A stretch of 64,000 bases of DNA from Candidatus Moraniibacteriota bacterium (GTDB lineage Bacteria > Patescibacteriota > Minisyncoccia > Moranbacterales > UBA2206): NCBI GenBank assembly GCA_003483065.1, contig DMWY01000007.1, positions 10,452 to 74,451 on the forward strand. The letters run 5' to 3'. A program made the position numbers and the translations under genes. A model generated the notes under the pieces. It did not search any database, was not told the DNA's origin, and saw only the letters and a program-made list of their open reading frames with translations. Shown here in pieces: positions 9,864-19,384 of the stretch; positions within the stretch are counted from its first letter, which is position 1, and the number at the start of each line of letters is the position of its first letter.

Positions 9864-9959
9864 CTATTTCTTTTTCTTTTTTGTTGCTTTCTTTTTTGCT
9901 ACTTTCTTTGTAGCTTTTTTCTTTGTAGCTTTTTTAGCTGCTTTCTTTTTTGCTGCCAT
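9864..9959 (-). CDS. Tiny Lys/Ala-rich basic protein (31 aa, MAAKKKAAKKATKKKATKKVAKKKATKKKKK)
   Basis: Minus-strand ORF with the strong SD-like AGGAAGGTGA 9 nt upstream of ATG (9957-9959) and stop TAG (9864-9866). Composition resembles histone-H1-like / AKKA-repeat nucleoid proteins. Below the ORF-track size cutoff. Confidence 0.35.
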   Translation of the reverse strand: MAAKKKAAKKATKKKATKKVAKKKATKKKKK

Positions 9960-10354
9960 GTTGATTTCACCTTCCTTTCTATTTTTATTTTTTTAACTTT
10001 AAAATAATTTACATTTTTATTTTCGACCTTTTGTTTTCAAGAAATTTATTTTTCCGAATGTTATCGGATGAAAATATTTTTCTTAACTTAATTATACAAC
10101 ATATATTTTTTTTTGCAATAGAAAAAAGTTATCCACAGGTGATTTTTTAAAAAAATTTTAAAATTTTTTTAAAAAATAAAATTTCAAATCACAAAAACCA
10201 AATAACAAGTAATTTTTTAAAAATTATAATTTTATAAATTCGAAACTTATTTTTTGATTTTTAAATTTTAGATATTTTAAATTTATTTGGAAGTTGCGAT
10301 TTGAACTTTGTAATTTATGCCTTTACTACGCCCTGAATAAGCCATTTTGTCTAG

Positions 10355-10383
10355 TTGACGCCCGAGGCAGATAAAGTTAAAAT
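10355..10383 (+). promoter_or_regulatory. Sigma70-like promoter TTGACG-N17-TAAAAT
   Basis: -35 at 10355-10360, -10 at 10378-10383, about 70 nt upstream of the 10456 gene. Confidence 0.45.
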
Positions 10384-10455
10384 TTAATAGAAGAACAGCT
10401 TCAACGAAAGCACGTTAAAAACAATAAATATTAAATAGAAAGGAAGGTGAAAATT

Positions 10456-11040
10456 ATGGATAACCAAGAACTAGATGAAAAAACCACAGAAGAAGAATCT
10501 ACTCAAAATAAGATGAAAGAATGGTTAGAAGATAATATGCGAATTATCGTAAGCATTCTTATCGTAATTTTGATTGCTGGAGGAATTTATTCTTATTCTA
10601 AGCGAACAGAATCTCCACAGGTAGATGAACCGACTGTAGCCGTAGATGAAGAAAATAATTCTACTACGAAACAAGAAACCGTCAATGATAGCACTGTTTC
10701 TCAAGAAAAAGAAACTTCTTCAGTTGCTACAAGCCAAGAAACAGAAAACTCTCTCATTGAAACAGCAGCCAAGGGCGACAGTCAAACAAAGCTTGCCCGA
10801 AGAGCTCTTGCTGATTTTCTTGAAAAAAATCCTGATTCAGCACTCACAGCCGAACACAAAATATACATTGAAGATTATTTGCGCAAAAATTCAGGTCACA
10901 AGGGAAGAGTTTCTGTAGGCACATCAATAGAATTCTCAAAAGATTTGATTAAGGATGCAATCTCAAAATCTAAAAATCTCAACGAAAACCAATTAAAAAA
11001 TCTACATAAATATGCCGTTCGAGTACCGTCGTTGTCATAA
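10456..11040 (+). CDS. Hypothetical single-pass membrane protein
   Basis: ATG at 10456 preceded by AGGAAGGTGA (the ORF track's GTG at 10447 is less likely). TM helix IIVSILIVILIAGGIYSY, a Ser/Thr/Glu-rich linker and a C-terminal helical domain. Confidence 0.55.
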   Translation: MDNQELDEKTTEEESTQNKMKEWLEDNMRIIVSILIVILIAGGIYSYSKRTESPQVDEPTVAVDEENNSTTKQETVNDSTVSQEKETSSVATSQETENSLIETAAKGDSQTKLARRALADFLEKNPDSALTAEHKIYIEDYLRKNSGHKGRVSVGTSIEFSKDLIKDAISKSKNLNENQLKNLHKYAVRVPSLS

Positions 11041-11157
11041 TAGATTTCCTTTATTCATAATCACTTTGTTCTTTTTTTAGGTAAGTATATTATTACTTTC
11101 TATATAATAAAAATCCTTCTCGCTTAGCGGGAAGGATTTTTGTTATATATGGAAAAT

Positions 11158-11613
11158 TCAGTATATTTTCACACTATCCCCTATCTTGAAATTATATTTG
11201 TCCGAAAGTCCGCTGTTTATTTCCAAAACTTTATCCGCTTCAATTTTAGGATTAATTGTTTCTAGTGAATCATGAGAAACATTTTTCGCAATATGGACTA
11301 TTTTTCCTTCGTTTATCCAAAGTATATCTAAATCAACTTGCATATCTTTCATCCAAAAAGAATATTCGCCCTTTTTCCCAAAATCAAAAAGCATTCCTTC
11401 TTTTTCTCTAATTTTCGCTCGACCGCCTAATCCCTGTATTTGCTTTTCGGGTTTTCTTGTTAGTTCTACAAAAAAATTATACCTACCAATCGCAACTATC
11501 TTATATTTACTAAAATAAATAATCCCGAATATTATCGATGCTGATAAAAATATCAATAAAATAATCGCTAATATTTTGCCGATACTTTTGGTTTTTAGAT
11601 TAATTTTTTGCAT
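11158..11613 (-). CDS. DUF192 domain protein
   Basis: N-terminal TM anchor, then EGMLFDF...FWMKDMQVDLDILWI, which matches conserved DUF192 (COG1430) blocks. Confidence 0.7.
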   Translation of the reverse strand: MQKINLKTKSIGKILAIILLIFLSASIIFGIIYFSKYKIVAIGRYNFFVELTRKPEKQIQGLGGRAKIREKEGMLFDFGKKGEYSFWMKDMQVDLDILWINEGKIVHIAKNVSHDSLETINPKIEADKVLEINSGLSDKYNFKIGDSVKIY

Positions 11614-12628
11614 TATCTAATTTAGAAATTTTTCTATTTATAATAAAAATTGAAGCTATCATAATCATTAACACTAAAAGCAAAGTAATTCCCTTGCCAA
11701 TTGCTCGAGTGTTGAGAGCAACGCAAGCGATAATACTTGTAATTATCCAATAGCCTAGGACTATTTTTCGCTGAGACCATCCTAATTCCATTAGCTTATA
11801 GTGTAAATGATTTCGATCAGGGATAAATATTGATTTTTTATTACGAATTCTTTCGCCAATCACCCAGAAAAAATCAATAATTGGAATAGCTAAGACCAGA
11901 AGAGAAGTTGCAATTTTTGTACCAGCAAAAACAGCTAAGACTCCCAGGGAAAAACCCATAAACATCGCCCCCGTTGTACCAGCAATTATTTTAGATGGAT
12001 AAAAATTAAACATCAAAAATCCCAGAATTGTTCCCATTAAAATTGCACACATAATAGCAATGGGTGGCTGATTTACCTCTGAGCGAAAACTCAGAAAAAA
12101 TATTGTAGTCACTGTTATAAAAGTAATGCCACCAGAAAGACCATCGATTCCATCAGCCCAATTAACGGCATTCATAAGTAAGACTAACCAAAAGATAACC
12201 AGGGTAACAGAAAAAACCACGCCCAAACTTGAATCTAATCTCAAAATTCCACCACTTAGCGGATTAGTCACATAATAGATTCTAACTCCCATAATAAAAA
12301 CAAAAACTGAAACAGCGATTTGTCCAAAAAGTTGAATTTTCCAGCGAATTTCTCCAAGATCATCCCAGAAATAAACTAAGAGAAGGATGATATTACTAAT
12401 CAAAAAACCATAAAGTTGAGGAGATATAAACAAATCTCTATTCACAAGAATCGAAAAATCAAAAATCACAATCATTACCAATCCACCCAATCTTGAGATA
12501 TTGCCCCTGTGAATATGGCGCAAACCAACTCTGCCTAACCATTTTATTTCTTTCGTAAAAAGGATAATTCCATAAATTGAAATTACCGTAAGTGTCAGTG
12601 AAATTAGAAACGGAATTAAGTATTTCAT
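11600..12628 (-). CDS. Glycosyltransferase family 4 phospho-sugar transferase (MraY/WecA family)
   Basis: Polytopic membrane protein with NAVNWADGIDGLSGG (the NAxNxxDGxDGL motif of MraY/WecA polyprenyl-phosphate sugar-1-P transferases). It is not in a mur context and sits beside a GT2, so WecA/TagO-like is more likely than MraY. Confidence 0.8.
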   Translation of the reverse strand: MKYLIPFLISLTLTVISIYGIILFTKEIKWLGRVGLRHIHRGNISRLGGLVMIVIFDFSILVNRDLFISPQLYGFLISNIILLLVYFWDDLGEIRWKIQLFGQIAVSVFVFIMGVRIYYVTNPLSGGILRLDSSLGVVFSVTLVIFWLVLLMNAVNWADGIDGLSGGITFITVTTIFFLSFRSEVNQPPIAIMCAILMGTILGFLMFNFYPSKIIAGTTGAMFMGFSLGVLAVFAGTKIATSLLVLAIPIIDFFWVIGERIRNKKSIFIPDRNHLHYKLMELGWSQRKIVLGYWIITSIIACVALNTRAIGKGITLLLVLMIMIASIFIINRKISKLDNAKN

Positions 12629-12632
12629 AGGA

Positions 12633-14324
12633 TTATTTTCTCATCTTTTCCGTCACCCAAAACTCTCCAAAATATTTTCCTAATAAAATTCTAGTTTGCG
12701 AATCAACAGCTGGCATTGAACCAAGAAACGGCGCAATAATTGGCACCAAAGCCCATTGAATCAACATATAAAAATTGCGCCATTTTGAATATTTTTTAGG
12801 GCGTGGCGGCATCAGGAGAAAACTTAGCGACATTGAAACAACCAATCCACACATGGCCAGTGTCATAAGATAACGAGTAATAAATGGCAAATTATGCGCC
12901 AAAACAGACTGATTGAAATCATCACCCCCAAAAATAAGTGGCAACCACCCGAGTATTGCTAGAATAAAACTAGCTGTCGCCCAAGAGTGATGACCTTCCA
13001 ACATTTCAAAAGCGACAGAAAATTTCTTCCAAAAAGAAACTTTTTTATTTGGCCCAATTGCCCGCATAATAACTGGGAAATTTTCAATGCCATAGGCCCA
13101 GCGCCTTTTTTGCTTATATTGATTTTTGATAGTTTTCCAATATGTTTCCGCCAAAACTGCATCCAGCGAAATAGGAAGATGAATCGGAATCACTTTATAA
13201 TCACCGTCGTAGTAAGTAAAACATTTCCAATAGATAATTGAATCCTCACTGATCATATTGATTGGCCAAAAATTAACTTTGTACAAAGTATCAAATGGCT
13301 CACTATGAGAAGAAAAAGTCACCATACCCTCTGTTCTAGTGCTTTGGAAAATATGCCAAAAACTGGAGCCGGTCACGATCACCCGCACAAAAGCATTAGT
13401 GTCCCACAAATTATTGTGGTACATTGGCAAAGGCTGATAGCTTCTTTGTAGCCTTTTAGGATCAATTATATATTTATAGGTTAAAGCGGCAAAATATTGC
13501 TTGTGAGCCACACTATCGCAATCAAAATTAGAAAAAATAACTTTTTTGAAATCGATTTTTCTTTCTTCTAAATATTTTGCCAAAAATTTAGCTGCGAAAG
13601 TAGCATTTGATCCTTTAGCTTTCATTTCATCATCCTTGACTATATGCGTTGTAACGATAAAATCTCTAAAAACTCCTTGAAATTTATTTTTTAGATAATT
13701 AACCTTTTCCAATCTTTGTTTTTCTGGTTCGCGCTCTTCTGTGGCTAAAAGGATGATAAATTGATGATTTGGAAAATTTGAATCAGCGATTGCTTGAATA
13801 GCTGGCTCAATCACTTCAGCTGGTTCACTAGCTGTCGGAAGCATCACTACATGCACAATTTCTCGCCAATCTAAAATTTGGTCTTTTATTTTTGAAATCT
13901 CTTTCACTTCTTCCAAATATTCTAGACATTTTTCTATCTCTTTTCTGAAAATATTTTTTTCTTGTCTGGCGAGGTGACCACTTTCCTCTAGGCTTTTTTG
14001 CATATTCAAAATTCGATCGGATATAATCTCTCCGTATTTTTGAGGATTCATTATATTTTGACATCTTTCCCACCAATCAATCTCCTTTCCTTCTTTTAGT
14101 TTTTTGTATCCCGCCACTGAATAATACGCAATAAAAATCGTTCGATAAATCCAATAGATATCAAAGACTATAATAAAAATAGCCACATAAACAGGCAAGA
14201 GAAAAGAAAAAACAAACATGCCAATAAGCGTTGTCCAAGTCAAAATTCCTGGAATAACTTCCAGTATTCGCTGAACACGACGCTTTTTAGGATCTGTAGT
14301 TTTTGGATCGGGAAAATTAAACAT
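12633..14324 (-). CDS. Processive family-2 glycosyltransferase, membrane-embedded (cellulose/chitin/PNAG-synthase-like)
   Basis: N- and C-terminal TM segments, D,D-type motifs (FDCDSVAHKQYF) and QKRRWAYG (the QxxRW motif of processive GT2 synthases). Confidence 0.75.
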   Translation of the reverse strand: MFNFPDPKTTDPKKRRVQRILEVIPGILTWTTLIGMFVFSFLLPVYVAIFIIVFDIYWIYRTIFIAYYSVAGYKKLKEGKEIDWWERCQNIMNPQKYGEIISDRILNMQKSLEESGHLARQEKNIFRKEIEKCLEYLEEVKEISKIKDQILDWREIVHVVMLPTASEPAEVIEPAIQAIADSNFPNHQFIILLATEEREPEKQRLEKVNYLKNKFQGVFRDFIVTTHIVKDDEMKAKGSNATFAAKFLAKYLEERKIDFKKVIFSNFDCDSVAHKQYFAALTYKYIIDPKRLQRSYQPLPMYHNNLWDTNAFVRVIVTGSSFWHIFQSTRTEGMVTFSSHSEPFDTLYKVNFWPINMISEDSIIYWKCFTYYDGDYKVIPIHLPISLDAVLAETYWKTIKNQYKQKRRWAYGIENFPVIMRAIGPNKKVSFWKKFSVAFEMLEGHHSWATASFILAILGWLPLIFGGDDFNQSVLAHNLPFITRYLMTLAMCGLVVSMSLSFLLMPPRPKKYSKWRNFYMLIQWALVPIIAPFLGSMPAVDSQTRILLGKYFGEFWVTEKMRK

Positions 14325-14406
14325 ATTAGAGTTTATAAAGTTAGAAAGTTTTAAAGCTAAAAAGTTGGACTTTATGAACTTTATTAACTTGCTACTTTTA
14401 ACTTTT

Positions 14407-14826
14407 TTAGTAGTTTATTAGTATAACACTAACCGAAGAAATTATCAAGTTTATTTGAATAATAACTGAAGCTAGAAGCAAGCTGTAGCTGGCGATTCTT
14501 TCTCTGTTTTTATAGAAGAAAAAAGCCAAGCTAAAATTTACTAAAAATAAAAATAGACCGATGGCTGGCGCTAAAAAAGATTGTTTCCAATTTCCGAGAT
14601 TATCCACTCCAAAATAGACATTGTAGTGCAAAATTATGTTCCTCTGGGTCTTATTGATAAAAATTGCCAGAATTATCCAATTAGTTAGATTAGCCAAAAA
14701 ATTAAAAATCAAAAGCCAAAGCACAATATGATTTTTGAAAAATTCTTGGTTGAAAAAAAGCTTGAATTTATAAATTAAGCTTTTTTTTGAGTTATTATTT
14801 ATTTTTACTTTATTGTAATTTTCCAT
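14407..14826 (-). CDS. Hypothetical small polytopic membrane protein
   Basis: 139 aa, four predicted TM helices, in the glycan-synthesis neighbourhood. Confidence 0.4.
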   Translation of the reverse strand: MENYNKVKINNNSKKSLIYKFKLFFNQEFFKNHIVLWLLIFNFLANLTNWIILAIFINKTQRNIILHYNVYFGVDNLGNWKQSFLAPAIGLFLFLVNFSLAFFFYKNRERIASYSLLLASVIIQINLIISSVSVILINY

Positions 14827-14872
14827 CTAAATATTTTGTATTTTTTATTTCATGCTTTATGATACATGCTTT

Positions 14873-15964
14873 TTATTCTTCTTTTGGTTTTTCAAGCGAT
14901 ATTGGTTCGATAATTTTTTCTCCTTCGGTGATGCGCGCCACATCTTTGTCAATTTTTCCCAATTCCTTGTAGGCGATATTATATTGGTTGACGGTTGTGC
15001 CCAAACCATTGCCCAATTTTTTCATATAATCTTCAAAAGCCACAATATGCCTGCCGAGCTTTTCCACATTGATTCGAATAGTCTTGGCGCTTTCTTCAAT
15101 TTGAAAAGCTCGCAGACCCTGAAGCACAGTTTGCAAATATGCGAGGAAAGAAGTTGGGGAAACTATGATCACTTTTTTGTCTTGAAAAGCATATTCGATG
15201 AGATCGCGAGTGTTTACTTGCACTGCACCAACCTTATTGATCAAAAGATCATAGTATATAGCTTCGGAAGGGATAAACATAAAAGCAAAATCCATTGTCC
15301 CCTCTGACGGTTTGATATATTTTGAGGTTTCATCAATCCTGTTTTTCAAATCTTGTTTGAAAACTTTTTCTAGCCTTTCTCTTTCTTCACTATCTTTGCA
15401 ATTTAGAATCTTTTCATAATTTTCTAAAGAAAATTTTGAATCGACTGGAATAACATTTTTTTTGACAAAAACTACTGCATCCACAATGGTACCGTCCTTG
15501 AAGGGATATTGCATTTGATAGGAATTCGGTGGCAACACATTTTTCAATGTTTCTTCTAGAAAATATTCACCGAGCACACCTCGTTGCTTTGGATTTTTCA
15601 AGATATCCTGCAGATTTTGTAATTGCGCGGAAAAGTTTATCACTTGCTTGTTCGTTTCCTCTAATTTCGTCAATTTTTCTGTTATTTCCGAGATAGACCG
15701 CACTGATTGGCTGGCAATTCCTTGAGCTGTTTTCATTGTTTGTCCCAATTGTTCTTGAGTGGCCCTATGAGTTTCAGAAAGTTTGGAATCCATCGTGCGT
15801 CTGAGTTCACGATTTTGTTCAGCCATCATAGACAATCGCTCCAAAATCGCCACCGACTTTTCCCCATCCCGATTCCCGTCGATTTTTTTCTTCATATCCA
15901 AAATCAGCCAGAGCAACCCAGCGCTTATCACGATTAAAAGTATAATTAAAATATTAAGCATCAA
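14873..15964 (-). CDS. rmuC: DNA recombination protein RmuC
   Basis: N-terminal TM and coiled coil, then conserved RmuC blocks (GVLGEYFLEETL..., IPVDSKFSLENY, VVSPTSFLAYLQTV). Confidence 0.85.
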   Translation of the reverse strand: MMLNILIILLIVISAGLLWLILDMKKKIDGNRDGEKSVAILERLSMMAEQNRELRRTMDSKLSETHRATQEQLGQTMKTAQGIASQSVRSISEITEKLTKLEETNKQVINFSAQLQNLQDILKNPKQRGVLGEYFLEETLKNVLPPNSYQMQYPFKDGTIVDAVVFVKKNVIPVDSKFSLENYEKILNCKDSEERERLEKVFKQDLKNRIDETSKYIKPSEGTMDFAFMFIPSEAIYYDLLINKVGAVQVNTRDLIEYAFQDKKVIIVSPTSFLAYLQTVLQGLRAFQIEESAKTIRINVEKLGRHIVAFEDYMKKLGNGLGTTVNQYNIAYKELGKIDKDVARITEGEKIIEPISLEKPKEE

Positions 15965-16016
15965 ATTAAATTATTCGTAGATTTGTATATTTGTATAGAT
16001 TAGTAATTCGTAGAGA

Positions 16017-16619
16017 CTATAACTTTCTCTGCGCGATAAATCTTTTTAGTCCGGAAATTTTATTGATCACCTCTTCGTGCGGACCTTCAAGAAATTCCAA
16101 AACAAATTTGTCCAGCATATTGAGGCGATATTTGAATTCGTCCATTGTCATCAAAACAAAATTAATTTCTTTGCCAATTTCCGCTTCCAGGCTACTCATG
16201 AGATTTTTGAGCCTAGCCTTGCTCACTGCGTCTCCCACAATTATCATATCCGCTTTACTCTTTGAATAATTGATAAACACTCCGCTTATCAAAGCTAATT
16301 TAACATTGCCAATTTTGGCTGTCTTGGAAAGACTCTGGCATTGCGGATAAACATTTGATTTAGCGATAAGATTTTTCAGTTCCGGATAAAAATTGAAATC
16401 TTGATTAAGCTGATAGAAAGTTTTTCCGGCCTTGGTTCGTTTTAGGATAAATTTTATATTCGCTAAGCTATTTAGCTCACTTTTACTTCTTCCAGCATTT
16501 AGCATATTTCTCGAAATAATATCCGAAAAACTAAAAACTGGTTCTGGGTTTTGCAGAAAAAAACGCAAAAGCCGTGCTCGCTCCTTGGAACCGAAAAGAA
16601 TTTCCAATATTTCTGACAT
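16017..16619 (-). CDS. Hypothetical protein with an N-terminal winged-helix-like segment
   Basis: MSEILEILFGSKERARLLRFFLQNPEP resembles a wHTH N-terminus; the remainder has no recognised family. Confidence 0.45.
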   Translation of the reverse strand: MSEILEILFGSKERARLLRFFLQNPEPVFSFSDIISRNMLNAGRSKSELNSLANIKFILKRTKAGKTFYQLNQDFNFYPELKNLIAKSNVYPQCQSLSKTAKIGNVKLALISGVFINYSKSKADMIIVGDAVSKARLKNLMSSLEAEIGKEINFVLMTMDEFKYRLNMLDKFVLEFLEGPHEEVINKISGLKRFIAQRKL

Positions 16620-16769
16620 AGGTTTTATTTAAATAGTTAAACAACTTACTAATATAAGTATAGTATTAGATAAAACAAAAGTAAACCCCACGTCAATTTC
16701 AAAAAATTAACACAGAAAAACAAAACCGGCCTCATTTTAAAGGACCGGTTTTTAAAGAATAAACCAAAA

Positions 16770-17168
16770 TTATTCCGTCGTTTTTCCGTCAAACTGCGCC
16801 TCATTGCTTTCTGCTTCAGCTTTAGTATGGCGAACGATGCCATCTTGATGATGTGCGGGAGAATAAATTGTATAAAGCTTTAATTCTTCTGTTTCGGAAA
16901 CATTAATCACATTATGCTGGGCTCCTGCCGGCACCACAATCGCTACGCCGTCCCCTACTGTATATTCATTGCCATCAATAAGCACCGTTCCTTCGCCTTT
17001 TTCAAAACGAAAAAATTGATCATTATCCGCATGAACTTCCATACCAATTTCTTCCTTCGGCGCCAAACTCATCAGCACCAATTGACTGTGCTTACCGGTA
17101 TAGAGAACTTTTCTAAAATTCTCATTCTCGAGAGTTTCCTTCTCAATGTTGGACATTATTCCTTTCAT
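16770..17168 (-). CDS. Cupin domain protein
   Basis: GMEVHADNDQFFRFEKGEGTVLIDG...AIVVPAGAQHNVIN shows the two cupin motifs with conserved His residues. Confidence 0.75.
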   Translation of the reverse strand: MKGIMSNIEKETLENENFRKVLYTGKHSQLVLMSLAPKEEIGMEVHADNDQFFRFEKGEGTVLIDGNEYTVGDGVAIVVPAGAQHNVINVSETEELKLYTIYSPAHHQDGIVRHTKAEAESNEAQFDGKTTE

Positions 17169-17229
17169 AAAAAATATTTTTAATGATTACGAAACTAATA
17201 CTGCTCAAAAATTTTTATATTTCAAAAAA

Positions 17230-17625
17230 TTACTTATTTAAATACGTAATTGTGAGTTGCAAAACTGTTGCAAATGATACCCAAAGAAGATACGGGATTT
17301 GGATATAAGCAACCCATTTTGAGTGCGGATAAATTGCCATCATCGCCCAAATGAGCGTTCCTAATACTAATAGAATATCCACCGCTGCTAAAAGATTATT
17401 TTTCAAACCGAATTGAATAGGAGTAAAAGAAAAGTTGAAAATCAAATTGAGAATAAACGGTAGTGCCACCAAAAGAGGGATTTGTTTTTTAAATGCCATC
17501 CAAAAAACTTTACCGAATGAAATAGCAATTAGCACATAGAGAAATGTCCAAACCGGACCAAAAACCCAAGCCGGCGGAGACCAAGTCGGTTTAATTAATT
17601 GTGAATACCAATTATAGTTTTGCAT
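17230..17625 (-). CDS. tspO: TspO/MBR family tryptophan-rich sensory protein
   Basis: PPAWVFGPVWTFLYVLIAISFG and five TM helices; 131 aa. Confidence 0.8.
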   Translation of the reverse strand: MQNYNWYSQLIKPTWSPPAWVFGPVWTFLYVLIAISFGKVFWMAFKKQIPLLVALPFILNLIFNFSFTPIQFGLKNNLLAAVDILLVLGTLIWAMMAIYPHSKWVAYIQIPYLLWVSFATVLQLTITYLNK

Positions 17626-17872
17626 ATTTTAAATTTTTAATTAATTCTAATTTTTGCACTCTTTTTAATTTCTTAATCCTCGCTTCTTCCTTGGAAGCCA
17701 AGGATCGACTTTTGAATTTCTTGGAATATACCAACTTTACCGGCCGACGCGAAGCAGTATATCTTGCTCCAAGTTTCGTTTTATTATGTTCCAAAATTCT
17801 CCGTTCCAAATCAGTGGTGATTCCAGTATAGAGAGTTTTGTCAGCGCATCTCAGGATATATAGATAATACAT
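17612..17872 (-). CDS. GIY-YIG nuclease family protein (UPF0213-type)
   Basis: MYYLYILRCADKTLYTGITTDLERRILEHN is the GIY-YIG core with R and E..N. Confidence 0.8.
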   Translation of the reverse strand: MYYLYILRCADKTLYTGITTDLERRILEHNKTKLGARYTASRRPVKLVYSKKFKSRSLASKEEARIKKLKRVQKLELIKNLKYAKL

Positions 17873-18128
17873 TTATTTTGAAATATTTCCTAATTTATAT
17901 TATACTTGAATTGAAAAGGCCTTCACGACGGAAGAGTGAAAAATTGGAACCCACCTAGATTTATAGGGAAAAATATTTTTTTCCGATACATTTTTCAAGG
18001 GATCCACACGCTCATGCCAGAATTGAGGGCTTTTTCATTTGTGCTTTGACTTTTCCATTATACCATATAAAAAAACACCAAAAAAAGAATCACGTTCATT
18101 TCGATTCTTTTTTGTTTGGCAAAAATTA

Positions 18129-18515
18129 TTACATTGCTGACATATCCGCCTGCATCAAAGCCAAAACATTTCCCTCAGGATCCTTGAAGCTAGCAAACCA
18201 GCCGACTCCGGATAAAGCCGTCTTCTTCATGGTTATCTCTCCACCGGCTTTTTCAATCTTGGAAATAGCCTCGTCGACATTAGAGACTCCAATTGTTACC
18301 GCTCCATTAGAAACATTATCTTTCCATTCTTTTTCACGCTTAGACATTCCCCCATCTATCCCCGGCTCGATATCCGGTCCGGTCATAATTAGCCAATAGT
18401 CCATGCCTTCGCCTTCCCATTTTTTAAATGTCCATCCGAAGACTTCGCTATAAAATTTAGAAGCGCGCGCCGGATCATCAGCATAAAGATCAAAATGTAT
18501 TATTCGATTGCTCAT
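18129..18515 (-). CDS. VOC family (glyoxalase/bleomycin-resistance fold) protein
   Basis: HFDLYADDPARASKFYSEVFGW...EGNVLALMQ; 128 aa. Confidence 0.8.
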   Translation of the reverse strand: MSNRIIHFDLYADDPARASKFYSEVFGWTFKKWEGEGMDYWLIMTGPDIEPGIDGGMSKREKEWKDNVSNGAVTIGVSNVDEAISKIEKAGGEITMKKTALSGVGWFASFKDPEGNVLALMQADMSAM

Positions 18516-18606
18516 ATGTTTTTTGTTAATAATTAGTATTGATATGTTTTTAATACCATTGAGGCATCAATATTATTACAAAATAACACGGAGCTTGATT
18601 GATTTT

Positions 18607-18771
18607 TTATTTAGCCAACATTGCTACTGCCTGACCGATAAAGTATGGACACAAGACAATTGCCAAAATTCCCTTCCCTAATGTCAGATTCAAAAACCCG
18701 ACTGTGAAAAGCCAACCCGCAAACCACGAAAATGCAGTGAAACCATGTTGCTCGACTTTTATTTTTTCCAT
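18607..18771 (-). CDS. Hypothetical small membrane protein (54 aa)
   Basis: ATG at 18769-18771; MEKIKVEQHGFTAFSWFAGWLFTVGFLNLTLGKGILAIVLCPYFIGQAVAMLAK has two hydrophobic helices. Below the ORF-track cutoff. Confidence 0.3.
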   Translation of the reverse strand: MEKIKVEQHGFTAFSWFAGWLFTVGFLNLTLGKGILAIVLCPYFIGQAVAMLAK

Positions 18772-18783
18772 ATGTTTTATTTA

Positions 18784-19368
18784 TTAATAATTAAATAATT
18801 TCTTTCTATATATTGATAATACTAAAAAGAAATTAGCCGCTAAAAGATACATTTGAAAAGCAGCATTTTCAATATTCCAAACAGGAATAGCAGGGATTAT
18901 GATTACAGCACTTATCAGTCCCGTTATAAAAATCAACCCAGTTTCAGTTTCCGGAAATTTCCACGCCTTTATTATTGTTGGAAAAGCAGCAAACCCATCA
19001 CCAAGAAGTGCTAGAATAATTGCTAAGCGTGGGGAATCGATAATAATCCAAAGAATAATCGCTAAAACAGAGCAAAGACCACATGCTAAATCAAAAAAAT
19101 TTAGTTTCCAATAACTTTTAGGATTAATAAAAGATACGCAAAATATAACCAAAGGAATAAATCCAGCAGTAAAAACGCGCATATTAGCCCAAAGATCACC
19201 TCCGCTTGATAACGCCGCACCTAAACTAATTAGTGGTGCAAGTGACCACATGAGCCATGAAACTCGATTGGGTTTTGTTTTGCCGGATAATGTATCACTA
19301 ATATAAGTGTAGGATCCTCCGACACTAATTAAAACGCTAATAATTACTAACCAATGAGTGAAATTCAT
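18784..19368 (-). CDS. Hypothetical polytopic membrane protein
   Basis: 194 aa, five to six TM helices, no motif recognised. Confidence 0.5.
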   Translation of the reverse strand: MNFTHWLVIISVLISVGGSYTYISDTLSGKTKPNRVSWLMWSLAPLISLGAALSSGGDLWANMRVFTAGFIPLVIFCVSFINPKSYWKLNFFDLACGLCSVLAIILWIIIDSPRLAIILALLGDGFAAFPTIIKAWKFPETETGLIFITGLISAVIIIPAIPVWNIENAAFQMYLLAANFFLVLSIYRKKLFNY

Positions 19369-19384
19369 AAATTAAAAATTTTAT

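Noticed and set aside
9961-10440. Chromosomal origin (oriC) in the large AT-rich intergenic region
   Set aside because: Only one DnaA box was found. There is no dnaA or dnaN nearby and no cluster of boxes, so it is more likely a divergent promoter region.
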